Source: Paraphysomonas bandaiensis | Lineage: Eukaryota; Protista; Chrysophyceae | Reading direction: 5' to 3' | Assembly: GCA_965644295.1 (NCBI GenBank) | Contig: CBFFRP010000429.1 | Location: forward strand, 62,001-126,000 | DNA: 64,000 nucleotides | Shown: positions 1 to 13,243 of the stretch, one piece after another | How positions within the stretch are numbered: the first letter of the stretch is position 1 | Layout of the letters: the number at the start of each line of letters is the position of its first letter | Program-made: the position numbers and the translations under genes | Notes under the pieces: model-generated | The model's database searches: none | What the model was told of the DNA's origin: nothing | Seen by the model: the letters and a program-made list of their open reading frames with translations, nothing else

Positions 1-325
1 TCAGTGCCTTTAATGCAATCAGAGATGGCACAACTGAAGGATAGTCCGCTAAACGACTGTTGAAGAACACACAAAAATGATGAATGTGTGAAGCTGTCAG
101 TGGTTTCAGTTGACTTTGAAGCAGATGAGCTACAAGTAAACTAGCCCGATTCCTTTCTTTATCCTTCACTGCGGTGAGAGAGGACTCCAACTCAACAATT
201 AGAAGCATAAGCTTATCTGCTTCCTGATTCGTGTATTCGAGAACTTCCTGCAGTGCTGTTGAGTGTTTCTTGTCATCTCCAGAAGGGTCCACAAAACGAC
301 GAATGGCATCAGATATTTCCATCAT
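1..325 (-). CDS. MMS19: MMS19/MET18-like HEAT-repeat protein, N-terminal part (runs off window start)
   Basis: Open frame from ATG 325 to the window edge, not in the ORF track: MMEISDAIRRFVDPSG...LIVELESSLTAVKDKERNRASLLVAHLL...HFCVFFNSRLADYPSVVPSLIALKAL. Resembles the MMS19 N-terminal domain. Confidence 0.6.
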   Translation of the reverse strand, partial: MMEISDAIRRFVDPSGDDKKHSTALQEVLEYTNQEADKLMLLIVELESSLTAVKDKERNRASLLVAHLLQSQLKPLTASHIHHFCVFFNSRLADYPSVVPSLIALKAL

Positions 326-1017
326 TACTTCCTCTAGTATTGACTAACAGGCTAATGAAATGGACGTAATGAGTGCAGCTGTGTTACCATATATATATAT
401 ATACATACATAGGAGCGGAGAATACCAATACATGGTGCTGTATGGCACTGCCTGATTGGTGCTCTAGTTTTTTTCTTTCACTTCTTTGTACACTTCAGGG
501 TTGTGTATGTACAGAAGGTCTGGAGCCTACAGCGATACGGTATTTTTGTTGTGATGTACTCCTGCATGTCGTAGCAAGAGCAGTATATATAGTGGGGCAG
601 CGCTGCGTACTGTTCAACTGTGGTATACAGCAGTATAGCAAGGATTGGCGCAGAACATACACAACAAATACTGGATCTACAGAGTACATACCCTACGTAC
701 GTCTCCAATTCACAGTCTTACCTTTGACATCACCAGCAGCAAGTCGTCTATGCAGTGTGGATTGATTCAAAAAACAACCGCTTTTTTATGCATAAATTCA
801 AATTTCTTTCTTGTGTAGATTTCTGCACCCGCCCTGCACAGTGCTGTATGTATGTGATGTACAGTACTGTATGGCGACCTCCATATACACACCTCTGCAT
901 CCAGCTTTGGAATCACCATATATATCTCTCGCTTGTGACTATACCACACCGCAGAGATTTAAAGAAGTAGGTTAATAGGTAGTAGTCGGTAGATTGCAGC
1001 TGTCTCTGTTGTCTCTT

Positions 1018-3491
1018 ATGATGCAGAAGGAGAATAGAAAGGCGTATGTCTCGCCTGCTCATAAGACAGCCGAGTCACCCGCTCAGCGCCGTCCACTCAG
1101 CACTGTGACTGATGTCAATACACATCATCGTGGGAGTTTATACTCAGGGGCTGTGAGGTATCGTGTAGCTGTGCTTCGTATGGCATGTGGTGACTTGCTT
1201 TCAGGATACCCAAAAAAGATAAACACAAAGAGACTCAGAGTGACGTTACTCCCAAACAAAAAGCGCGTGTTAAGTCACGATATATGCAACCCACTGAAGC
1301 ATACAGGTAATATTCTATCTCAACAGAGGTCGTTATGTAGTAGCTCTGTGGATTTGCCGACTATCTGTTATATTTGTTATACAGAAACAGCGTGGTGTCA
1401 AGCTCTCCCTCTGCTCATACACCCAGTAGCGAGGGAGGCCGTCCGTCTCGTCCCTCCACAGGTTCTGCTGCTATGAATACGGCTCCCGCTCGAACTCCTA
1501 GCACCCCACGGTCGTCTGTCCGAACTACTCCCACAGGAAGCAAGAACAAGGCCACTCCGACAAGAACCAAATCCCCGGTACAGTGTGCTCTCTGTATAGT
1601 ATATTTACATGAGTATTTACGACTTATATTGTGTTCATCTCTGTTGCGTTTCTGTGTGTCTGTATGACCATAATTGTGTCTTCAATAGGCAATATGTGCC
1701 AATACACCTCCCAGCGCTAAGCGAGAAGGGCGGACCCCCTCAACTCACCAACACTCATCCACTCCTCTCAAGACTCCTCCCTCACGCCGCCAATCACAGA
1801 CAAAAGCATCTGCCACGGCTTCCAGTCCGAATGATGTTTTCACTAGATTGACCGCTGGGCTTCCCACTCGTCATACTGCTCCAGCTCAGCCACAGCATTC
1901 GAAAAGGCCTGGAAAATCCACACCTACTACTGTGTCAAAGACGTCTACAAAGGTGTCATCGGGGAAAAAATCCACTACACAGCCAGTGAAACGGCCTGGT
2001 GATCAAACTACACCTCGGTCTCGTTCACTATTACGGACGTCGTCCTCTTCATCTCTTCCCACTCCTCCTCAAACCAAAGAATATCACGGCCATAAGCATG
2101 CACACAACAGAGACGAAAAAGCAGAGTTAGTCGTGGACCAAAACTTAACAGCTGAGAGCGACCTAACGCTGAGTAGTATAGAGTGTGCCGTTCCTCCTCC
2201 TCCCCCCCTTTTGACTGTCAATAGACAACGCGCACCTAAGCAACCTCCGCATACACCTTCCGAGTTTTTCCCAGATGAGGTATCTGTCGTCGAGGGCGAG
2301 TCTCGCTCATCTTCACCCAGGAGTCTTTTGAGTGTCTCTGCATGCTTCACGCTGGCCTCTGAACATCTTTCTCGGCCTCCGACTGCAGATTCACAATCTT
2401 TTGAGGATCGATTCAATGAGAGACGCTTAAGTGGAAGAAGCCGCACACCCCTCTCTGTTGATATTGTAGGAAGCAGTGGTAGTAAGCGCACGTACATAGA
2501 TGTAGATCTGAAACGAGAGTTATCAGGCTCCACTGGTAGTTTGGGAACGGGTATGTTTAAGAATAATCGGGAACAAGATTCGGATAGTCCCCGGCCAGTG
2601 GACACCGCTATTCTTCGTGGCGACTCATTCTCCGTTACGTCCGTACACACTGCAGTCAGTGCTAAAACTGCATCATCCGGTCTTGCTTTAGGGGGGGCGA
2701 TATCCCCTTTTACTCATCCGTCTTCTGTTTTTTCACCTGCGCTAAAAGTTCCTAAGGCCCTATCAGTACCTGTCAGGAGTCGGAGCTCCTCCGTAGTACA
2801 GTTGGAAAACGACGATAGCACTGTGTTTACTCTTGGACAAGACATGTCAGCTGAAATTGTGGCCAATCATGACTCATCAGGAGATGGAGACGATGGTGAT
2901 GTCGTGGAAACTGGCTGCTTGTCAGGTTCTATTTCGGATGCTCTGATTGGTTCTGTGAGCAGCTGGGACATTGATGCCGCCGTCACCACTGCTCCTGGGG
3001 GTCAACTTGCGCTTAGATGTGACTCGGATGAGTACATCCCGATTTACCGTTCCGAAAGTGATGTGATTTCCATCGCTCCTACTCCAATGTCTTGTATTAG
3101 CCAAGCCAGTGCACTAAATAGAGGGTTCTGTGAAGAGCGCACTCCATCGACGTGTGGTGGTAGAGCTGGCGCATTCAGCCCTGTCATGGAGACAGCCAAC
3201 CACGTGATATCCTGCACTATACGTGATAATGAGTCAGCGACAGCTGCCGAGAGTAAGTTTTCGTTCTTTTTTCATCGCTATTAATGTCTAATTTGTACTA
3301 TGTATGTAGTGTCATCGGACAGTGCTCTTACTGCTGAGGCTGACCAGGTGGGTGTGGTATCTCGTAGCTCATTATTGAATATTTAACACGCTATCGCACA
3401 GGCGGGTGAGTGTTCCGATAGGCTCATGGAGCCATTGGCTCGATGTTTTTTGCAACAAGATGACAACCACGATACTGGCAATATCGAGTGA
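1018..3491 (+). CDS. Multi-exon Ser/Thr/Pro-rich, largely disordered hypothetical protein
   Basis: ATG 1018; short exons joined by GT-AG introns; long exon in ORF 1848-3284; two final exons (MSSDSALTAEADQ / AGECSDRL...GNIE*) ending at TGA 3491. Confidence 0.6.
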
Positions 3492-4569
3492 TTCGAATTG
3501 CTTTAGTACTTCTACTATCATAGTATATCGTGTATAGAGTCGTGTATGTCAGACGCAAGCAACCTTCGTTTGTTTCTTAATTGAATTGAAATGGAGGCAT
3601 ATATGAAGTGAAAAGGATTAATATGTGATATTGTGTCATGTAATTATGAAATATCAAGAACTAATATAAGTGAAAGAATTTTTTTATTTTCATGCGGTTC
3701 AAATTGGAGAAGAGTATATTATATCAACGTGCGCTATCTGGGAGCTATACGCAACCCTTAATTGTGGTATGTCCGTTTTGCATCTTATGTATAATGTACC
3801 TCAGACTGTTTATTAATACATGCACTACCTATTGCTGGAAACTTATTATAGCTATTAATAAAATACTTTCCCGCAATTAGATCGGCCCTACCGTCATTGT
3901 CGTTTAATGATAATTAATATATAAGATATATGCTGTAAAGAATTAAGTTCGTCAAAGAAATAATACCTCCTCTATTTCCGAAAAAAACTCTAGGCAATGT
4001 TCGTGCAGCACTATCCTCCATCAACCCTAAAATTCTGATATACTGTTTTTTTCGTCTTATTTTATGCATTTTTCCATGTGGAATGAAAATATCAATTATT
4101 CTATTACGTGTTCATAATGTTCACACTATTTTATTCTCGCGTGATAAAAGAATAATACTTGAAATGCCAACGCTCCAATGCTAAACTTTTGCAGTGGCAG
4201 CGGCAAAGGAAGCTGCTGACGAGGTCATTACATGGCAAACAATTGTATATGTTAGCCAGAGACCTTGTACGACGTGAACTTGCCACAACTACACAACTTC
4301 TCAGTCATTAAACTCGCAAGTGGGAATAAGAAAAACACTTCCCATCATCGAAGTGTTACTCGTGTTTCTTCTGCCTTGCCACCAGCGTACTTTTCCCCTT
4401 TTCCTCTCTCCTGTTTGCCTTGACCACTAGGTTGTGGCAGCGAGGAAGGCTTCAAGGAAGGGAGGGATTTCTTGTGTGGGATGTTCAGGGGATTTTCTTC
4501 TTGCCACTTGCATATTTCTGAAGAAGTTGTTTAATTGGGGCAAGTTCATGTCGTGCATGGTTGTGGGAT

Positions 4570-5008
4570 CCCGACACCAAAAATACTCCAGCTACTCCAG
4601 GCGACATCCACCCCAAGAACTACACTCTCTGCAAGAGTCCAGACCCGACAGAGGCAAGCGCAACCATTCTAGAAAAAACTCCTCCTTACTTGTGGCCGAA
4701 ACCCCACCTCAACAACCCTTACAATCTCCACCACCGACTTACACTCTCATATACATCTCGCCTCATCCACCCCTCACATAATCCATGGCACAGGCCCGCC
4801 AGACACATTTCCCAAAGGTAGACCCCCCGACTAACCTCAATACAAGGGACGGTTGCACCATGGTGCTCGCAGCGATGCACAAGCAGTCCCGAGACGGTTG
4901 CCCGCCACTAGTAGTAAATAGCAAATCTAGTTATTACTGTAGTTAGTCTATAGATATAAACTAGTTTCTGTACACAACCGTTCTCATGTAATAATCAGAC
5001 TTTCCTAT
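4570..5008 (+). mobile_element. 5'-truncated retroposon-like insertion (copy 1) with 13-bp target-site duplication
   Basis: ATGGTTGTGGGAT at 4557-4569 and 5009-5021. Segment 4696-5008 recurs inverted at 55210-55507 with the same end (...CTTTCCTATA) and a different start. Confidence 0.75.
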
Positions 5009-5767
5009 ATGGTTGTGGGATGCTACTAGCCCCTAAAAGAAGCCTAGCAAGATATTCCTGATGTGCCGGTTGAGAGCGAGAACAAAGATAATAATATGTA
5101 AAGTAAACATTATGCAAACGTGGGAATTTTACGATATTTTGGGAAATTTAGGAGTATTTACAGTATTTAAGTAGAAATTTTAAAGAAACTATTCAGACTT
5201 CATCGTAATCATATACGGAGCTATTCATATGACGTATACTTTTATAAAGAATACATTTCTTTGTCAATATCGAAAGCAGCAAATCATACGATCACGTACT
5301 CCGACCATTTGAATAATCCGAACCTTGATCTTATATAGATCACCAGGCCCGTTAGGCCGTAGTAACGCCTCCTTTAATGGTTTCAGATATAATTTAGTAA
5401 AGAGGTTAGCTACCACACTATAATGATGTGTGTGTATCCATCCCGTCGATATCTATAGCACTGCTACCTACTGGAGGCTCTAAAGGTCAACCTGCTGATT
5501 AGAACGCTGTCGCAGCAGTTAGATAAGAATTCTTCTACCACTTTACAACAGACAGATGTAGCATGCATGCATGCATCCAGCACAGTGCATGAAACCTTAA
5601 CCGCTGAGCGATGCATGTATACCTCACAATACCATGGAATACGCATGTATAGGGCTGGAGTGACAGTTGATATGAAGAGTCAGGCATACCATATACAGCA
5701 ATACATACACATTCACTGTATGAGTGTAGGCTGCTCCTGTAGGACTTCCTACTGCTGCATCCTACTG

Positions 5768-5890
5768 CTGTATGTAGTTGTATGGTATGTACTTGGTACT
5801 GTATACTACTGCTCGTGTGTATGAATATGTATGTATGCTGTGGACGTATGTATGTATGTCTATATGTATGTATGTATGTAGGTATGTGTT
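5768..5890. repeat. Degenerate (TATG)n-like tract upstream of VPS54
   Basis: Runs of tatg/tgta units visible directly. Confidence 0.5.
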
Positions 5891-6173
5891 GGCTATATCT
5901 CCAGTGTGTTGGTATGTAGACTATAAATATTGTCACATGCAGGTATTCATAATGCAATCCAAACATTCATTACATAATCAGCTTACGAAATAGTCGGACT
6001 GCTGTGATTGCGCTTGATTACGCTGGTTGCATCATCTAGTCGTGTGCAGTGTGGTCTATAGTGATATCCATCACACGTAGACACATAGATAGATATATAC
6101 AGAGATCCACTATCTACCATCCATCCCCATACATCTCTATATTGCAGAGTCAATCTGCTGTGTGGTGAGGTAG

Positions 6174-8938
6174 ATGTACGCCGGAGCATCCAAGTCGTCT
6201 GCTACTGGAAAGAATGTTCTGTTGGATGGGAAGAATGCTGATTTGGATCACGACATTGACGACTATGAGGACAGCCGCATTGAGCTCAGAGCTGTGGGTC
6301 ATAATTTGGTATGTAAACAGTTTTATGTTGAACTAATTGAATTGCTTATTGTGGTATGCAGACGTCTGTCTTAATGAATCCGCGAGAAACAATGCTGGAG
6401 GAATTTACGGATGAGTTTGAGATTGAACAGTCCGTTCCTCTCGAATTTCCCAACTATAATGCATCTGAGGACGACATGGATGAAACATGTGGAGCCTATT
6501 TTAAGGATCCAGGATGCTTATACAATAGATTTAAGCAGCGTTTACCGGATAATGCCTTGCAATTGTCGCGAATTTCCCGACTTCCTGCAAATGCTGAGGT
6601 AGCGTACTGTTTTAGTAATGTCCCTGAGCAGTACTTCCGGCCCGATTTTTCTATACGCAACACCGATATATTCCACTCCATTCTCAAGGTCGAAGAGAAG
6701 TACCAGACCCAACAGCAGCGTGACTCTCCTAATTCTACGCCTTCCGAAGAGGTATCTGTGACCCAGGGTGCAGGGGAACAGGAAACAAGTCTTACCAACT
6801 ACCTTGATCTGGTGGAAGTTGCTCTATTGCGACAGATCATGACTCGCTCCCCTGCATTTTTTAGGGCTCTGGACGACATATATGAGCTACAATCCATGGT
6901 CAGTCGTGCTGCAACGCGTATTATTCATCTGCGGAGATCCTTGCGAGGATTTGAATCTGGTCTCTCTGAGGGGCCGATGAGGATTCCTCGGTTAGAGCAG
7001 AGACGCATGAACGAAATCGCGCTTCACGAGAAGCTTTTGTATATGCAGAGAGTACTGGCAGGGCGGGCTGCCGTTAGAAACTTGTTGGAGATGGACGATT
7101 ACATTGGTGCCCTTGAAGTCATTTCATCTACCAAGCGTGTGTTTCAGGAGCATTTGTCTGGGGTCGTTTCGATGAGAAATATTGGCAGTCAACTAGAAGC
7201 GTACGATGGACACATAGGGGACGTGATGTGCGATCGTTTTGTAAATATGGCCGTCAATTGGAGTAGTGCTGCGGCAGACGAAGAAAGTGATGGCGATAAC
7301 GAGATGACTGCGTCGGAGGGCGCTGACCGTACAAGGGCCGAAGCACAGGCTGTTGGACAACTGCTTCAGGCACTGACGCATGTTGGTCGTCTCCAAGGTG
7401 CGCTAGATGGATACACTGTGCGAATTCAAGACAATGTTCGCCTCGTTGTTCGCACTTGTCTGCTGGAGTATTTATCCGGGGCAGAGGAGGACGGAGAGGG
7501 ATCCAATTCATTTGCCCAAAAGGTGCGGACGATGTCAACTGAAAACTTTTTGGCATGCCTATCGATGTGTTACGAGAGTCTTTTGCAAACGTTATCACGG
7601 GCCACGAGCTTGCATAATTTTCTTGTTTGTGACACGCTAGAGGAAGAACTTGTTAATGGTAGTAGTGCTGGTGAGATCACAATAGAGGACAAGAAGTGGA
7701 TTTGTAAGGCGGCTGGATCATGCTTAATTTCCACCTCTGAACTGGCTCAGAAATCTGTTTGTCAGCTTTTGATGATGAGAAAGGAAAGCAATGCCCGACT
7801 AACAACAGACCAAATGAAGTTTCTATGGGAGATTAGTGGCCACTTCGTCACAGGTGTAGAACAACTATCACCTGCAGGAGGAATAGAGCTGTCGTCACAG
7901 GCACTTCGCCAAGGCCTTATCAGCCAAACTCGTAAGTTTCTTGATCATCAGCACGAGACATTCAAAGGAAAGCTTGTAAATACTTTGGATGGAGAGAAGT
8001 GGGTACAGTGTGATGTTTCTTCGGAACGTCAGGCTGCATTAGATCGTCTGACATCAGGTCGTTCTTTTCTTCGATCCAAAGCGAAACCTACCCAAAATAA
8101 TGATGAAACGAGAAATGGAGGTACCCCCCCTCCAGCAGTAGCATCGTCATCTGGTTCGAAGAAGCGGAAGGAGTATGTTCCTGTCATAGTCGATGGCATG
8201 GAGTTTAAGGTCGTCTGGAGTGCCTTATTTGTTGTCGAAATTGTTCTCGTGTACCTAGATGTAGCCATTGAATTTCCTCCAATAACGAAGGACGTTATTA
8301 CAAAGGCAGTAGAGGTGTTAACACTTTTCGATACTCGATCTAAACAACTAGTGCTTGGTGCGCAAGCGATCCAATCCGCCGCCCGACTGAAATCAATTGC
8401 AGCAAAGCATTTAGGAATTACTGCACAATGCCTCACATTCTTACAAGCAGTCTTACCTCATCTGAGAGCTGCTCTTCTTGCACAACTTCCTCCAGAACAC
8501 CATTTAGTGCTGGTAGAGCTCGATAGGGTATCAAAAAGTCTTATGGACCATCACGCAAAGGTACTTTCCAAGTTCGTGAGTATAGTGGGGGATTTTGTAG
8601 ACAGCTCATCGGTGAAGCTGAGACAGATAGACTGGGATAGGTTCAATGGACAATGCGAGTATTTTGAGGACGTTTCACGTAATGTGACTGCACTACATAG
8701 AGTTCTACAAGGCTTTCTTCCTGGCGACCAGATGCAAGATGTTTTCACCAGGATATTTTCTCTATTGAATCGAAAAATTCCATCTCATTTTGATGAGGTA
8801 ATGCCGTCAACACAGACAGGAAAGCAGAGAATCATGGATGAAATAGATCATCTTGTGGCAAATTTATCAAAACTGAAACATGTTAATATTTCGGCACTGA
8901 CAGTTGAGGAAACTTTTAGAAAGAAGTTTGACCGGTGA
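6174..8938 (+). CDS. VPS54: GARP complex subunit Vps54
   Basis: Exon 6174-6308, intron 6309-6361, then the 860-aa ORF. Motifs LTNYLDLVEVAL..I..RS.AFF.AL, LDGEKWVQCDV and QLVLGAQAIQSAARLKSIAAKHL (Vps54 C-terminal domain). Confidence 0.9.
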
Positions 8939-9399
8939 TATGCTATCTAGCGAAATATTACGATAGTGACAGCTTGATGTTATGTGGATAACTATTTTAT
9001 TATAATATATATAGCATCTTTCGGTTTCATGTCTGCTGAATATAAGCTGTGGTACACAATATCATATATTCCGTGAAAAGCGATCAAACAATAAAAAGTA
9101 GCTAGTGACAACATTGTGTTGCATTGAAATGTTACGAGATTTTTAGACTACGTTTTTCATTTTGTCGCCTTGCATTATTCTTATTTACTTTGTTTTATTT
9201 TGTTTGGAGTCAAACAAATGATCTCAGGTTTCAGCACTACTCAGTTGCATACTCACTCTTATTTAATACATAGATGATCATCTACTTCCCCAAAAACAAG
9301 CAGACGTATGGACTATATGCACTAGTCCCAGCAAATAAGAATAACACAAAAATATTTAACTGCCTTCAGTAACTAACACTGGAACATACTTATCAAGAA

Positions 9400-9936
9400 T
9401 TAAGAGTCATGCGCTCCAGGAAGCTCAAAAGACTTGATTTTTTTTACAAATCTCATGTATGCGTAGAGACCACCGACAGCCAAAAATAATAGAGCGATTA
9501 GCCAGTGCACAGCACTGTGCCCATCGGGATTGGTGTACTGTGCCCTAAGCATGATCAACGCCTGTAGCGGGTAGCACAGAGAAAATGTTTCACAAATGAC
9601 CTTCTTAAGTCTACCATCAGTTAGACTTCTTGATCTCCTATGAAACAACATTAAACAGTTCCATAAACATAGAGAGTCTTACCACACAAACCATCCTATG
9701 CTAACTGTTAGTGCACCATACATACGTAGAAACTCATGAGCTATGTGGTCGTACATAACTTTACCCCTCCAATTCTGAACATCATAAAAGCTGTGCGGCA
9801 GAACTATAGCGCCTAATCCGAATATCATACACAGCACTGCATGTGCGATCATGATATGCCGTAAATCAATCTCAACTGCCATGATATCTGCCATTATCAG
9901 CTTCATACGCATTTCATTTGAGAGTTTAGCTGACAT
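9400..9936 (-). CDS. Small 4-TM membrane protein, possibly TP53I11-like
   Basis: Two exons join as ...FLRMYGALTVSIGWFVW|RSRSLTDGRLKKVICETFSLCYPLQALIML...; four hydrophobic segments. The family call is a weak by-eye resemblance. Confidence 0.65.
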
Positions 9937-10141
9937 TTGGTTGTTGTTTTGAATAGTGTGAGTTGGATATGGACTGCAATTCAAACACTCGTTAATATGA
10001 TCGCCTGCACTGTGTTTGTACTGATATACTGCTGCGCGCTGTATGTACATACTACGTATGGTCGACTGTACTGCTGTACTCTGTACTGCTCTTGTCCTAT
10101 TAGCTTTTTGAAATAGTACATACGTCGTACTGTTGGATCTA

Positions 10142-10306
10142 CTGGGGGTGGTTGTGCATATCGATTTCATCGATTTGTTCATCGAAAAATCATCGTTTTT
10201 TCATTAAAAAGTCATTTTTTTTCACTTTTCACTGAAAAAACGATGATTTTTCGATGAAATAAACGATGAACAAATCGATGAAATCGATATGCACAACCAC
10301 CCCCAG
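10142..10306. mobile_element. MITE with ~43-bp perfect TIRs and TA target duplication (Tc1/mariner type)
   Basis: TA|CTGGGGGTGGTTGTGCATATCGATTTCATCGATTTGTTCATCG ... CGATGAACAAATCGATGAAATCGATATGCACAACCACCCCCAG|TA, with further internal inverted segments. Confidence 0.85.
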
Positions 10307-10620
10307 TATATTCGAGTACGGTGACACCCAAGAAACACAACAGTACCAACTAATAGTCCATATATTCTTATATAAAACTCGAGATATTATAGAATATTCC
10401 GGAATAATCATAGTTAACTATCAAAAAAACGGCATCGTTTCACAAAAACGAGCGAATGATCTGTTCAATTATTAAAAGGGCTGTGCATAACTTAAGTCTC
10501 ATCCAGCAGATCACATAACAACACACGCCTGTCACATCGGGTTCACTGTATCATATTAGCAAGTTATATTCTAGTACACATTCAGTTTGAGTTTTTCTCT
10601 ATCACTTGATTGAATTAAAT

Positions 10621-12039
10621 ATGGATACAACAGACGCACCTCAGATCATTGAACACATTCATAAACAAATCCCCTTTACACCTTACGACAACAAGTGGGT
10701 CCCTTTCTCAAAGAGATTTGTTGCGATGGGGATTCACCCTAATGCCAAGGGTGCTCTACAGGTTTGAAATCATGTGCCATGTTGACCTCGTTACTTGTTT
10801 GTCCGATGTGTGCTTACAATTCTATACGTGAGTAATATCGTGTGATTAAGTCGTGTAAACATAGGTGTATGAGCTTAACAAAGGTGATTTGGAATTAGTA
10901 ACGGAAGCGACAAAACCTCATGGCATAAAGTGCGGAACATTTGGTGCATCTTCTATTGAAGAGCGACACTTGGCCACTGGAGACCATGCCGGAAAGCTTG
11001 CGATATATGACCTTGATAGGATCGACGCTCCTGTTTTTTCTCAACAGGTGTTGCATGTGTTCATCGTGAATTTATTTTTAAATTTTTGTTGTATATTTAA
11101 TGTAATGTACGTATGTCGCAGGCACATACATCCATAATTAACGCGATCGATGGATGTGGTGGCATGGATATTGGATACGGGGCTCCTGAAATCGTTACCG
11201 GAGGACGAGATGGGTGTGTCCGCCTTTGGGATCCTAGAGTAAGCGAGCCAGTGTTGGCACTCGAGCCTAGTGATGGGCAACCTGCAAGAGACTGCTGGAC
11301 AGTAGCTTTCGGTATGTGATACGTTCTATGGGATGCCATATTCACGTATTTACTGAAAAAGACGAATTAGATTATTACATATATATGGCTTAATTCAAGG
11401 TCAATAACATTTGTTGTACCAGGAAATTCCTACAATGACGAAGAGCGATGCATTGTATCGGGATACGATAATGGCGACATTAAGCTATTCGACCTTCGGG
11501 CCAACGCGATTCGATATGAGACGAATGTCGCCAATGGAGTCACATGTGTGGAATTCGATAGGAAGGATATCGAGATGAATAAAATGGTTGTTACAACTTT
11601 AGAATCGAAGTTCAGACTGTTTGATATGCGTACTCAACATCCTACTGGTAAGTCATGCACCATAGTTAGGCATCGTCATTGTTGCATTAATAGTGTGTGC
11701 ATTGCAGGGGGATTCACGTGCCTCACAGAGAAGGCCCATAAGGCCACTGTTTGGTGCGTTCGCCACCTTCCTCAGAATCGTGATCTCTTCATGACAGGAG
11801 GAGGAAATGGTGGGTTCAATCTATACAAATACCACTACCCTGCTAGTCGCACAATGAATGCAAAAGATGATATTCCCATGGGTGTGGTGGGAACTACTGA
11901 ATTACTTAACTCGAGAGTTATCAGTTCGCAACCCATAGTGAACCTCGACTGGAGCCCAGATAAAGAAGGGCTCTGTGTACTCAGCTGCTTGGATCAGACC
12001 GTGCGTGTGTTCATTGTCACAAAGCTCAACAAGTATTAG
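10621..12039 (+). CDS. WDR92: WD repeat protein 92 / dynein axonemal assembly factor 10
   Basis: Five exons. Motifs [111 protein letters not shown]. Confidence 0.95.
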
Positions 12040-12956
12040 AGTAGTTCAAAAGTAAATAGGATAGTGGGTGTTCTAGCCGAGACGTTGGGGTATTTGAAAC
12101 GCAAGTAATAACCTTCTCTTCGGTGTCAAACTGTTAAGACTATTTTCACAATACGTAACTGTACTTACTACAAGTAATAAACTACTATAAACTCGATCAC
12201 AGAAAAGTACAGAAATGAAGCTAACCCCATAGCAATGATCAATTATATTCGTCTTTGATGATCTAAATGAACTATTTAAAGAAAATTGTTACTTAACGGG
12301 TTTGCATTGTTCTTAGGGTAGACTCGCAGATACAGAGAATAAAATTGCATAGACAGATTCTACGCTTGTGCCTTACACCCATATCGGGTTTCAGGTTCCC
12401 ATAAAAGAGATGTGCAGATTTTGTGAAAGCTAGTCTATCACCCCGCTTGTATTAGTCTTCGCAAAGTTCCCACGGTTGTTAAAGTAAAATATCGCAGAGG
12501 TTGATATTGCGATATCAAGTTTATCTCACGTGCTTGTATTCTTCTAAGAGCAACTACTACTAATTCAACTTTTCTGACAGTAATTAAATCTATCCATTGA
12601 ATCTTTATCACTTCAAACAACATCATTTTAAATCTTTATCGTCGTTAAGAACGGAAAGCTATGCACCACTTCAAACTACCGATAATCTATATGAAGGATA
12701 TTCCTCTATACCACAGAGTAGAGTACTTTGGAATTTGATTCCAATTCCACAAAACCTACCCAACTTTTTCAACTTCTTTTTTAAAGTGTGGAACTACATA
12801 ATTATCCAGATGATCTAAATAAATACTATGTACATACTGTGCAGTTTCAAGTGCCATTTAAATGTCAATGTTCTACGCTCAGAGATAGTTTTGCAACTAC
12901 AAACTGCTCCTTTTATTTTCTTTTTGTTTGCCTGTAATTTCTATATTGGTAAATTG

Positions 12957-13243
12957 GTAAACAGGTCATTGCAACCACTGAGGCGAAACAGTGGTCGAAA
13001 GCCCACAACTTATCTGTAGTCACTGAGGGGGGCAGCAGGCGGGTGGTGCAGTATTTGCGTGGCGATATCGGGACATGAAGTTTTATCCCTCTTCTAGCTT
13101 CTTGGTAAAAAGGGGCTGTTTCCCAATATCGCCACGCTAAACTGTAACACCTGCTTCTTGGCCTTCTGCCCCCCTCAGTGACCACAGATAAGTTGTGGGC
13201 ATTCAACCACTGTTTAGCCCAGTGGTAGCAATGACCTGTTTAC
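12957..13243. repeat. Long imperfect inverted repeat (~120-bp arms), foldback element or hairpin RNA
   Basis: GTAAACAGGTCATTGCAACCACTG...GCGTGGCGATATCGGGA pairs with TCCCAATATCGCCACGC...CAGTGGTAGCAATGACCTGTTTAC. Confidence 0.85.

Noticed and set aside
9679-10475. Two ORFs starting MNKSMKSICTTTPS on opposite strands
   Set aside because: Both starts come from the MITE TIRs; the real gene starts at 9936.
12978-13010. Hammerhead-like CTGA...GAAA in the long hairpin
   Set aside because: The core is CTGAGGC, not CTGANGA, and the three-stem geometry is absent.
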